Below are positions 9,201-19,094 of a stretch of 64,000 nt of DNA, piece after piece. A program made the translations under genes and the position numbers. Each line of letters starts with the position of its first letter. Position 1 is the first letter of the stretch. Where the stretch lies: the NCBI GenBank assembly GCA_963726745.1, contig CAVSDR010000006.1:971159-1035158 (forward strand), written 5' to 3'. Under the pieces are notes generated by a model. The model was not told the origin of the DNA. It made no database searches and was given only the letters and a program-made list of their open reading frames with translations. Source of the DNA: an uncultured Verrucomicrobiae bacterium. Lineage in GTDB: Bacteria; Verrucomicrobiota; Verrucomicrobiia; Chthoniobacterales; UBA10450.

Positions 9201-11075
9201 TTAGTTCGACCGGTCTTCGTCATCGCTCGGCTCGTCGGTCTGTTCGCCGTCGGTCTGCGGGCGGCGTTTCTTTCCGCCGGCCGCGACTTTGTAGACGTCC
9301 TTAAAAACCTTGCTGATGAGCGGTGCGGCCGAGCTGCCGCCGTGCACGTTCGCGCCGACGTCGCCCTCGTAAAGCGCGGCGAAGGCGAAGGCCGGCTGCT
9401 TCGCCGGCAGGAAACCGGCAAACCAGGCGGCGGTGCGCTCGCGCTTCTTCGGGCCCCACTGCGCGGTCCCGGTTTTGCCAGCGACTTCCACGCGATCGAG
9501 GCCCGCCTGGTGGGCCGTGCCGGACGATCCGCTGACCACATCGACCATCGCCTCGTGCAGTTGCTCGACCGTGCTCGGCGAGAGCCGCAGCTCGCGCTTT
9601 TCGCGCTTCTGGTAAGCGGTCACGATTTCGTTATCGAGTGTCTGCACCTGCTGCACCAGACGCGTCTGGTAGAAGCGGCCGCCGTTGGCCACGATCCCCA
9701 TGGCTTGGGCCATTTGCAGCGGCGTGACTTCGCAATCCCCCTGCCCGATCGAAAGATTGGCGATGTCGCCATTGAGCAACTTCCGCCCGTGCGTCGCCTG
9801 CATGAACTTGTCGTTGGGGATCCGGCCTTCCACTTCGCCGCGCAGCGGAATGCCGCACTTCGCACCGAAGCCCAGCTTCAAGGCCCAATCGATGATCGGA
9901 TCCGCGCCGGTGCGAATGCCGACCTGGTAGAACCAGGTGTCGCACGATTCCGTAAGCGCCTCGACAAAGTTGAGCGAGCCGCGATCGGTCTTCTTCCAGT
10001 TGTGGAAGGTCACGTTGCCCACGTTGATCGCCGGCGGGCAGGTGTATTCGTCGCTCGCGTTCACCGCTCCGCTCTCGAGCGCGGCGATGCCGACGGCGAC
10101 CTTGAAGACCGAGCCCGGCGGATACGAAGAACGGAAGGCCCGCGGAAGCAGCGGGATGTCGGGGTCGTCCTGCAGCGCCTTGAATTTTTCCGACGAGATC
10201 GAAGGGATGAAAGCGTTTGGGTTAAACGTCGGCCACGAAGCCATCGCGAGGATGTCGCCATTGTTCGGATCAACGACCACAATGGCGCCGCGCTTGGCCT
10301 TGGCCTCGAGCGCTTTTTCCGCCAACTCCTGCAAGCGCACATCGATCGTCGTGACCACGGTGTAGCCCGGCACCGGCGGCTTGATGATGCGCTCGGAGGT
10401 TTTGCGGCCGTCCTTGTCGAAGGTCATTTTGTATTCGCCATGCTGCCCGGTGAGCATGGTGTTGAAGGTTTGCTCGAGGCCTTCGCGGCCTTCCGTCTCC
10501 GGCCAAAGCACCTCATGATTATCAATCGCGCCGTCGGGATTCCGCCCGGTCTTGCCGGTAAATCCGATCACGTGTCCGGCGAGGCGGCCGCGGGGATAAA
10601 CGCGGATGTAAATCGGCCGAAGAAGCATCGCTTCCGGGAGCTTTTTCTTGAGCTGATCGGACTGCTCCTCACTCAAATTCTGCGCCACCTCCAGCGGGAG
10701 AATGCCGCGGTTGTGGTAATGCCGCAGGATCAACTCATCGGAAATGCGGAGCGAGCGACCAAGGGCCTTCTCCGCGGCGGCCACGCGTTCGCGGGCGAAG
10801 GCGACCGCTTCTTTATCGGAAAATTCCAGCGGCGTCGGGAAGCTGATCGCTAGGTTGTAGCTTAATTTATTCTGCGCCAGCGGCTCGCCGTAGCGGTCGA
10901 CGATCTGCCCGCGCGGCGCCGGAATATCGAGCACGTAGGCGCGCGCGGATTTTTGCGTCTCGTACGTCGGGACGATGGTCTCCTCGACCTGGTCCGGCGC
11001 CGGGCTCGCCTCCGGCTGGGCGCGCACCAGCGCAGGCAAAGCGGCGAGCAGGAGAGCAGCGAGGAGTTTATTCAC
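9201..11075 (-). CDS. mrdA: penicillin-binding protein 2 (class B transpeptidase)
   Basis: APRGQIVDR, GREGLE, YPPGSVFK (SxxK), SCD, KTGTAQ; GTG start 11075. Confidence 0.9.
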   Translation of the reverse strand: MNKLLAALLLAALPALVRAQPEASPAPDQVEETIVPTYETQKSARAYVLDIPAPRGQIVDRYGEPLAQNKLSYNLAISFPTPLEFSDKEAVAFARERVAAAEKALGRSLRISDELILRHYHNRGILPLEVAQNLSEEQSDQLKKKLPEAMLLRPIYIRVYPRGRLAGHVIGFTGKTGRNPDGAIDNHEVLWPETEGREGLEQTFNTMLTGQHGEYKMTFDKDGRKTSERIIKPPVPGYTVVTTIDVRLQELAEKALEAKAKRGAIVVVDPNNGDILAMASWPTFNPNAFIPSISSEKFKALQDDPDIPLLPRAFRSSYPPGSVFKVAVGIAALESGAVNASDEYTCPPAINVGNVTFHNWKKTDRGSLNFVEALTESCDTWFYQVGIRTGADPIIDWALKLGFGAKCGIPLRGEVEGRIPNDKFMQATHGRKLLNGDIANLSIGQGDCEVTPLQMAQAMGIVANGGRFYQTRLVQQVQTLDNEIVTAYQKREKRELRLSPSTVEQLHEAMVDVVSGSSGTAHQAGLDRVEVAGKTGTAQWGPKKRERTAAWFAGFLPAKQPAFAFAALYEGDVGANVHGGSSAAPLISKVFKDVYKVAAGGKKRRPQTDGEQTDEPSDDEDRSN

Positions 11076-11156
11076 GGAGCTAGAACAGATAGCAGTCTCG
11101 CACCGTTCGTAAATCGGCCGCACGCGCCGCGTCGGGCCGCGGGAAAAACAATGCGT

Positions 11157-11684
11157 CTACGGAGTCGGCTGCGCGCTCGCGGCCGGCGCAGCGCTCGGCA
11201 CCGGTTTCACCGCCGGCTGCGGCCCGGTCACACCCACGGCGAGATCGGCGGGCGTTGGCGGGTTGCCCTCCGTGATCGCAGGACCTTCGCCCCCGGGGGT
11301 CGGATTGGTTACCGTGTTCGGCGCGCCGACCGCAGGTCCGCTCTCCGGAGCAGCCGCCGCGACTGAAGCCCCCGGTGAAGCTGCCGGGATTGCCGTGGTC
11401 GGGCTGGTTTTCATCAATTCCTGCCGCAAACCGCTGGTGGTGCCGCTGCGGTGGGCATAGAGCACCGAGAGGAGAAAAGTGAGAAAGAAGAACGTGCCCG
11501 CGAGCCAGCCGGTTACTTTAGTCAGCACATTGGTGGTCTGGGCGCCGAAGATATTGTCCGTGACTCCGCCGCCAAAGGCTGCGCCCAAGCCCTCGCTTTT
11601 CGGACGCTGCATGAGGATGACCAGGATCATCAGGAGCGAAACCAGCACGAAGATGACGAGGACGACGTTAAGTAGGATGGCCAT
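11157..11684 (-). CDS. secG: preprotein translocase subunit SecG with P/A-rich tail
   Basis: ILMQRPKSEGLGAAFGGG...FGAQTTNVLTKVT. Confidence 0.93.
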   Translation of the reverse strand: MAILLNVVLVIFVLVSLLMILVILMQRPKSEGLGAAFGGGVTDNIFGAQTTNVLTKVTGWLAGTFFFLTFLLSVLYAHRSGTTSGLRQELMKTSPTTAIPAASPGASVAAAAPESGPAVGAPNTVTNPTPGGEGPAITEGNPPTPADLAVGVTGPQPAVKPVPSAAPAASAQPTP

Positions 11685-11746
11685 TTTGCGGACGGGCAAT
11701 ATGTCCAAAGGCTGGCGTTTGTAAAACAGCAGTCGAAGGTGGCCCG

Positions 11747-12802
11747 ATGCAGGTCCGCGGCGAACATTTCCAGACCATCTGGCTGAAGCCGGACGACCCG
11801 CGCGTGGTCCAGATCATTGACCAGCGCTTTCTCCCCCACCGCTTCGTCATTGAAGACCTGCACACCGTCGCGGAAATGGCGGTCGCGATTCGCGAAATGC
11901 ACGTCCGCGGCGCGGGCTTGATCGGCGCGGCGGCGGGCTACGGAATGTATCTGGCGGCGCTCGCGGGCGAGGATCTCGCGCGAGCCGCCGCGCTCTTGAA
12001 AGCCACCCGCCCGACCGCGGTCAACCTCGCCTGGGCGGTCGAGCGCCAGCTCGCGAGCGACGATCCCCTGCGCACCGCGCGCGAGATTGCGGCCGAGGAC
12101 GCGGACTTTTGCCGACGCATTGGCGAGCACGGAATTGGCCTCCTGCGCGAGATCGCCGCGCGCAAAAACGGCGCGCCGGTCAACGTGCTCACGCATTGCA
12201 ACGCCGGCTGGCTCGCCTTCGTCGATTACGGCTCCGCGACCGCGCCGATCTATGCGGCGCACGACGCCGGCCTCGCGGTCCACGTTTGGGTCGACGAAAC
12301 CCGTCCGCGCAACCAGGGCGCCAAGCTGACCGCCTGGGAACTCGGCGAGCACGGCGTGCCGCACACGGTTATTGCCGACAACACCGGCGGCCACTTAATG
12401 CAGCGCGGGCTGGTCGATCTCGTGATCGTCGGGACCGATCGCACCACCTTCACCGGCGACGTCGCGAACAAGATCGGGACCTACCTGAAAGCGCTCGCGG
12501 CGCAGGATAACGGCGTGCCCTTCTATGTTGCCCTGCCCTCCTCCTCGTTTGACTGGGAGTTGCGCGAGGGCGCGGAGATTCCGATCGAGGAACGTGGCGC
12601 CGAGGAAGTGAAATTTGCCGACGGGATGGCGAATGGCGAAGTCGTCGAGGTGCGTCTGACGCCGGAGCACAGCGCCGCGGCGAACTACGGCTTCGACGTT
12701 ACTCCGCGAAGATTAATCAGCGGATTGATCACCGAGCGCGGCCTCTGCCAGGCGAACGAGGAGAGCATTCTCGGCCTTTACCCAGAGCGGAGAAAAGCGT
12801 GA
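11747..12802 (+). CDS. mtnA: S-methyl-5-thioribose-1-phosphate isomerase
   Basis: MHVRGAGLIG, TRPTAVNL, THCNAG, DETRPRNQG, ANKIGTY, FDVTP. Confidence 0.95.
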   Translation: MQVRGEHFQTIWLKPDDPRVVQIIDQRFLPHRFVIEDLHTVAEMAVAIREMHVRGAGLIGAAAGYGMYLAALAGEDLARAAALLKATRPTAVNLAWAVERQLASDDPLRTAREIAAEDADFCRRIGEHGIGLLREIAARKNGAPVNVLTHCNAGWLAFVDYGSATAPIYAAHDAGLAVHVWVDETRPRNQGAKLTAWELGEHGVPHTVIADNTGGHLMQRGLVDLVIVGTDRTTFTGDVANKIGTYLKALAAQDNGVPFYVALPSSSFDWELREGAEIPIEERGAEEVKFADGMANGEVVEVRLTPEHSAAANYGFDVTPRRLISGLITERGLCQANEESILGLYPERRKA

Positions 12803-13392
12803 GCGAGACCGGTGTCATCAAGTTCCACTGCGAGCGGGAACCCGGCACCGTCCCGGCTTTCGAAGGCTTCGAGGCAATCCAGCGAACGCGGCGCAAGCTC
12901 CAGCAACTGCGCCTGCTCGGCGTGGGCGCGGACGGGATCGGCTACGGCAATCTCAGCCTGCGCGTTGGCCTAACGAATGAATTTTTCATCACCGGCTCCG
13001 GCACCGGCGGCCTCCCGCAGCTCGGCCTGGAAGACGTGGCCCGGGTGACGGCGGTCGACTTCGCGCGCAACTGGCTCCGCTGCACGGGCGGGACAGTCGC
13101 TTCCTCGGAATCGCTCACGCACGCTGCGATCTACGCCGCTGCGCCCAAGGTGCTGGCTATTCTCCACGGGCACAGCTCCGCGCTCTGGACGCGCCTGCGC
13201 GACCGCGTGCCGACTACCTCCGCTGCGGTCGAATACGGCACGCCCGCGATGGCCGCGGAAGTGCAGCGTCTCTTCGCGGAGACCGAGGTGCGCGAGCACG
13301 GACTCTTCATCATGGGCGGGCACGAGGGCGGCCTGATTGCTTTCGGCGCAAGCCTCGACGAAGCGCTGGCGCGCGTCCTCAGCGCTCCTTAA
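12799..13392 (+). CDS. class II aldolase/adducin family protein
   Basis: GNLSLR, ITGSG, SSESLTHAAIY, HGHS, GHEGG; GTGA overlap with mtnA. Confidence 0.85.
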   Translation: MSETGVIKFHCEREPGTVPAFEGFEAIQRTRRKLQQLRLLGVGADGIGYGNLSLRVGLTNEFFITGSGTGGLPQLGLEDVARVTAVDFARNWLRCTGGTVASSESLTHAAIYAAAPKVLAILHGHSSALWTRLRDRVPTTSAAVEYGTPAMAAEVQRLFAETEVREHGLFIMGGHEGGLIAFGASLDEALARVLSAP

Positions 13393-14171
13393 GCCGCGGT
13401 TTTGCGCGCAAGCTTCTGCGCGTTCCAGATCGCGTCGAGCTCCGCGAGCCCGAGTTCGCCAAGTTGTTTCCCTTGCGCGTGGACTTCGTCCTCCATTTCG
13501 TTGAAGCGATGGACGAATTTATCCGTCGCTTTCTGGAGCAAAGTTTCCGCGTCGAGGTGCTGCTTGCGCGCCAGGTTCACCACCGCAAAAAGCAGGTCGC
13601 CGATCTCCTCCGCGATCTCAGTTTCGCCGCCCGCCGCAACCGCTTCCTTCGTCTCCGCGAGTTCCTCGTCGATCTTCGCGACCACGTCCGCGATCGTGTC
13701 CCAATCGAAGTGCACGTGCGCCGCTTTCTTCTGCACCTTCTGCGCGCGCATCAACGCCGGCAGCGCCTCGGCCACGCCGGTGAGGTAATGCTTTTGCGTC
13801 CCGCGTTTCTCCTCGCGCTTCACGTTGTCCCACAGCTTCACCACCTCGCCGGCGTCGCGCGCCTGGTCCTCGCCGAAGACGTGCGGGTGCCGGCGGATAA
13901 GCTTCGCGGTCAGGTCGGTGATCACTTCCTCCGCGCCGAAATTTGCGCGCTCGCTCGCGATCTGCGCGTGCATCAGCACGAGCAACAAAACGTCGCCTAA
14001 TTCCTCGCGCAGGTTCACGTCGTCGTTCTCCCGCACCGCGTGCGCGACCTCGTAAGCCTCCTCGAGCAGCTTCGGGATGAGCGATTCATTCGTCTGCTCG
14101 CGGTCCCACGGGCAACCGTCCGGCGCGCGCAGGTGCGCGATCACCTCGCGCAGTTGGTCAAAGGCGGTCAT
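13389..14171 (-). CDS. mazG: nucleoside triphosphate pyrophosphohydrolase
   Basis: GCPWDREQT, EEAYEV, EELGDVL, IRRHPHVF, EEIGDLLF. Confidence 0.95.
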   Translation of the reverse strand: MTAFDQLREVIAHLRAPDGCPWDREQTNESLIPKLLEEAYEVAHAVRENDDVNLREELGDVLLLVLMHAQIASERANFGAEEVITDLTAKLIRRHPHVFGEDQARDAGEVVKLWDNVKREEKRGTQKHYLTGVAEALPALMRAQKVQKKAAHVHFDWDTIADVVAKIDEELAETKEAVAAGGETEIAEEIGDLLFAVVNLARKQHLDAETLLQKATDKFVHRFNEMEDEVHAQGKQLGELGLAELDAIWNAQKLARKTAA

Positions 14172-14179
14172 GGCGCAAT

Positions 14180-14902
14180 CTATATGCGCCAGAGCGATCG
14201 GTGCGCGCCGAATTCCGAAATCTCGCCGGTAGTTTTCTTGCCGACGTAAATCGTGATCCCGATGACGAGCGCGAAAGTGCCGGCAAAAAGCACCGCCACC
14301 AGCCAGGAAGGGATATGCCCGATGCTCAGGCTGCGATAAAAGGCCCACGCGCTATCGATCGGCTCGCTCGCGTGCAGAAAGATCTTCGTGACCCACGCGA
14401 CCATGATCAGGATGAAGATGAAGGTGTAGTTCCGTTTCAGGCGCCGGCCGACCGCTTCGAGTTTGCTGATCTTGAAGCGCGGCAGGATGAGATCTTCGCA
14501 GACCAGCTTCTTCCATTCGCCCTGCAGCATCTGGCGATTTTCCATCACCATCGGGACGAGGAAATGCGCCTCGAGCATGCGCACCCGGGCGCGGAAGGCA
14601 TCGTAGAAGCGATAGCGCCGCGCCTCGATCCAGAGCATCCCCCAGACGATCGCGAGATTGAAAAAGAAGATGATGTGCGGGACCTCGCGGTTCGAAAAAG
14701 CGATCGTGATAATCGCGGTGCTGGAGGTGATGGCCCAGTTCGTGGTGATGTCGAGCCGCTGCCGCCAGATCATGATCCGCCCGAGTTCGCCGCGGTAGAA
14801 ATGCGACATCGCATTGACGTAACCGGGGTCGTAGATGCTGCGCTGGAGCGAGACGGTGCGCTCAGTGCTGCTGCTTTCGGGCGAAGTGTTTTCGGTTGCC
14901 AC
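14180..14902 (-). CDS. DUF2270 family membrane protein
   Basis: HFYRGE...WRQRLDITTNWA...IEARRYRFY...RRLKRNY. Confidence 0.88.
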   Translation of the reverse strand: MATENTSPESSSTERTVSLQRSIYDPGYVNAMSHFYRGELGRIMIWRQRLDITTNWAITSSTAIITIAFSNREVPHIIFFFNLAIVWGMLWIEARRYRFYDAFRARVRMLEAHFLVPMVMENRQMLQGEWKKLVCEDLILPRFKISKLEAVGRRLKRNYTFIFILIMVAWVTKIFLHASEPIDSAWAFYRSLSIGHIPSWLVAVLFAGTFALVIGITIYVGKKTTGEISEFGAHRSLWRI

Positions 14903-14970
14903 GCGTTGGTCGTTAACTGGATAACTGCTTTGCCGCGCGAAGCCAACTTTTCCTCCGGCGAACTCTCCTT

Positions 14971-15438
14971 ATGGCTGTGGTCCTTTCTGATCTGCTCGCG
15001 GAAGAACGGGTGCTGCTCGAGTTGCGCGCGCGCACCCGGGACGACGCACTCCGGGAAATCGTGGGCGTGATGCAGAGCGATGCCGCCCTGAAAGCGGCGG
15101 ATAAATTCCTCGCGCAGGTCCAGGCGCGCGAAACCGCCAGCTCCACCTATGTCGGAAATGGCGTTGCTTTCCCGCATGCGCGCAGCGAGTTCGCTGCGGA
15201 GATGGTGCTGGGGATCGGACGCAGCTCAGCAGGCGTGCCTTTCGGCGATCAAGGGGCGCGCGCTCATCTCATCTTCCTGGTCGCGGTGCCGCAACGGATG
15301 GTGACGGATTACCTCGTCTGCATGGGCGCGCTCGCGCGCCTAACGAAAGCAGAGGCCACGCGCACCGCATTGCTTGAGGCGGCGACCGCGTCGGAGTTGG
15401 TTGAGCTCTTGCGCGCGGGCTCGCTCCTGCTGCACTAA
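14971..15438 (+). CDS. PTS IIA (fructose/nitrogen-type) domain protein
   Basis: RE..SSTYVGNGVAFPHAR with phospho-His. Confidence 0.9.
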   Translation: MAVVLSDLLAEERVLLELRARTRDDALREIVGVMQSDAALKAADKFLAQVQARETASSTYVGNGVAFPHARSEFAAEMVLGIGRSSAGVPFGDQGARAHLIFLVAVPQRMVTDYLVCMGALARLTKAEATRTALLEAATASELVELLRAGSLLLH

Positions 15439-16175
15439 TGGGAGCTGGACGCTTCCAGCGGCGGCAGGTCGGTGCGCGCGCGCTGCCGCCGGTAATACCA
15501 GCGATGCAGACGATGCGGCGAAAGGCCGAGCTTGAAGAGCAAGAGGAAGAGACCGTTCTGGATGCTCTTCCGCCAGGCGCCTTCGCGCAGATGGCGGCGC
15601 GAGGAAGTTTGCACTGGCGGATCGAGCACGACCACCGGGCCGGCGGCGCGCAGTCGGCGCGAGAATTCCACGTCCTCCATCAGGGGAATTTCCGCGAAGC
15701 CGCCGAGCTCCCGGAAGACGCTCCGCCGCACGAAGACCGATTGATCGCCGAAGAGCGTGCCGCCGTTCCGCGTGAGGAAACGCGCCACCGGCTCGAGCCA
15801 CCGGAGCCGCGGATGCCGGTCGTCGAACTTCCGGTAGAAGGCGCCACCCACGATTCCCCCGGCGCTCATCTTGCTGGCTAATTCCCGCAGGTGCACCGCC
15901 GTCATCTCGGTGTCGGCGTGTTGGAACAAGAGCACCTCGCCGCGGGCGTGGCGCGCGCCGAGATTCATCTGCGCGCCGCGGCTGGGCGTGGGGCAACGGA
16001 GAAACTGCGCGCCGTGCGCCCGCGCGACCTGTTCGCAGGCCGCGTCGCCGGAGGCATCGACGACGATGATTTCGCCGGCGGAAATCGTAGGCAAAAGCTG
16101 TGCGAGATCTTCCGCGTCGCGCCAGCAGGGAATGACCACGCTGATCGTCGCCGGCGCGGGCGCCTCGGCGCTCAC
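15435..16175 (-). CDS. GT2 glycosyltransferase (TIGR04283-like)
   Basis: ISVVIP, RGAQMNLGA, LLFQHADT, FGDQSVF, PLMEDVEF, TSSRR. Confidence 0.85.
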   Translation of the reverse strand: MSAEAPAPATISVVIPCWRDAEDLAQLLPTISAGEIIVVDASGDAACEQVARAHGAQFLRCPTPSRGAQMNLGARHARGEVLLFQHADTEMTAVHLRELASKMSAGGIVGGAFYRKFDDRHPRLRWLEPVARFLTRNGGTLFGDQSVFVRRSVFRELGGFAEIPLMEDVEFSRRLRAAGPVVVLDPPVQTSSRRHLREGAWRKSIQNGLFLLLFKLGLSPHRLHRWYYRRQRARTDLPPLEASSSH

Positions 16176-17020
16176 GAGTTTTTCTTCAGGAGCTGCGCGC
16201 GGGCGCGGTCGAGCGCGCGCCGTTCCGCCGTCGTCAGGCTGTTGATGCCGTGCTGGCTGATCTTGTCGAGCAACGGGTCGATCGACTCGTAGACATCCTC
16301 GGGCTCGACCGTGCGGCGCGCGCTCGCGCGCGGCACGACCTTGAATTTCGGCTTCGGCTGCAGCCGCTCGCGGATGTTCGTGAGCCACTCGAACTCCGAG
16401 CCGATCCCGCGCGAGCGAATGTAGAAGAAGGCCACGGCGACGGTGGTCCAAAGAACCACGAGCGAACTCCAGTCGTGCGCGGCTAGCGCGGCCAAGGTGC
16501 CGATGGCCACAAGGATGAGCGCGATCCACTTCGTCTGGATGCGCAGGAGCATCATCTCCATCGAAGGATAGATGCTGGCAAAGGCGAGGAAGATGCCGAA
16601 ATGCAGCGCGCCGGAGCCGACCAACCCGAGCCGCAAGACCAGGCCGAGGGCGGTCAAGACCAGCGCCGGCACAAACAGCAGCAGCGCATAGAGCGTGATG
16701 AAACCGCGCCGCCCGATGAAGCGCTCCACCTCCCGCCCGAAGGTGAAGAGCATATACATCTCGATGGCAAACCAGAGCAGCCCCGAGGGCGCATGCACCA
16801 GCGCGTAGGTGCAGAGCCGCCAGATTTCGCCCGCGCCCAGGACGAGTGCACTGTCGAACGGCAGATAATTCAAAAACCCGGCCTGCGTGCCGGCAAAGAG
16901 CAGCGCGGTCAGGACCGCCGCGGCCACGTGGACCCCAACAAGCAGCGTGGTCACATCGACCGGGTAACGCCCGACCCAGGTCACCGGCTTATACTCGTCC
17001 GAAGTGGCGACGCCGAACAT
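16172..17020 (-). CDS. rhomboid-like membrane protein with C-terminal DUF6576-like domain
   Basis: GEIWRLCTYALVH, multiple TM helices, C-terminal IDPLLDKISQHGINSLT. Confidence 0.8.
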   Translation of the reverse strand: MFGVATSDEYKPVTWVGRYPVDVTTLLVGVHVAAAVLTALLFAGTQAGFLNYLPFDSALVLGAGEIWRLCTYALVHAPSGLLWFAIEMYMLFTFGREVERFIGRRGFITLYALLLFVPALVLTALGLVLRLGLVGSGALHFGIFLAFASIYPSMEMMLLRIQTKWIALILVAIGTLAALAAHDWSSLVVLWTTVAVAFFYIRSRGIGSEFEWLTNIRERLQPKPKFKVVPRASARRTVEPEDVYESIDPLLDKISQHGINSLTTAERRALDRARAQLLKKNS

Positions 17021-17110
17021 TGCTCGAAATAAACGGCGCGCCCTCCGCTTCCGCAAGCGGCGTTCCGCGCCGACCAGCGGGCCGCCGGCCGAACGACGCG
17101 CGATTACCTT

Positions 17111-17139
17111 TGGACAACGCTCCCCCTAGAAAATATCCT
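17111..17139 (+). promoter_or_regulatory. candidate sigma-70 promoter of pckG
   Basis: TGGACA-17 nt-TATCCT; GGAG Shine-Dalgarno before ATG 17172. Confidence 0.5.
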
Positions 17140-17171
17140 GTCAGTCCCTTCGCGCCCGAAGGAGCAAACCT

Positions 17172-18971
<1,800 letters not shown>

Positions 18972-18983
<12 letters not shown>

Positions 18984-19043
18984 CAGGATTCCGCAGGATT
19001 TCCCCTAATCCTGTTCATCCTGAAAATCCTGTCAATCCTGTCT
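18972..19043. repeat. periodic inverted-repeat element (CAGGATT x3 / ATCCTG x4)
   Basis: AGACAGGATT...AATCCTGTCT arms with about 9-nt internal period; overlaps pckG stop. Confidence 0.8.
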
Positions 19044-19094
19044 AGTTCGTCTGGGGTTAGTTGCGCCGGAAGTCCGCCGCCCGGATAGTCTCCG

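Noticed and set aside
13389..14902. mazG plus DUF2270, or the small HNH gene at 61814, as an anti-phage system
   Set aside because: MazG is the ordinary two-domain housekeeping type, and neither locus has defence-island context.
15435..16175. Arsenosugar or selenosugar biosynthesis cluster
   Set aside because: Only the widespread TIGR04283-like glycosyltransferase is present; no radical SAM, ArsM or partner genes are adjacent.
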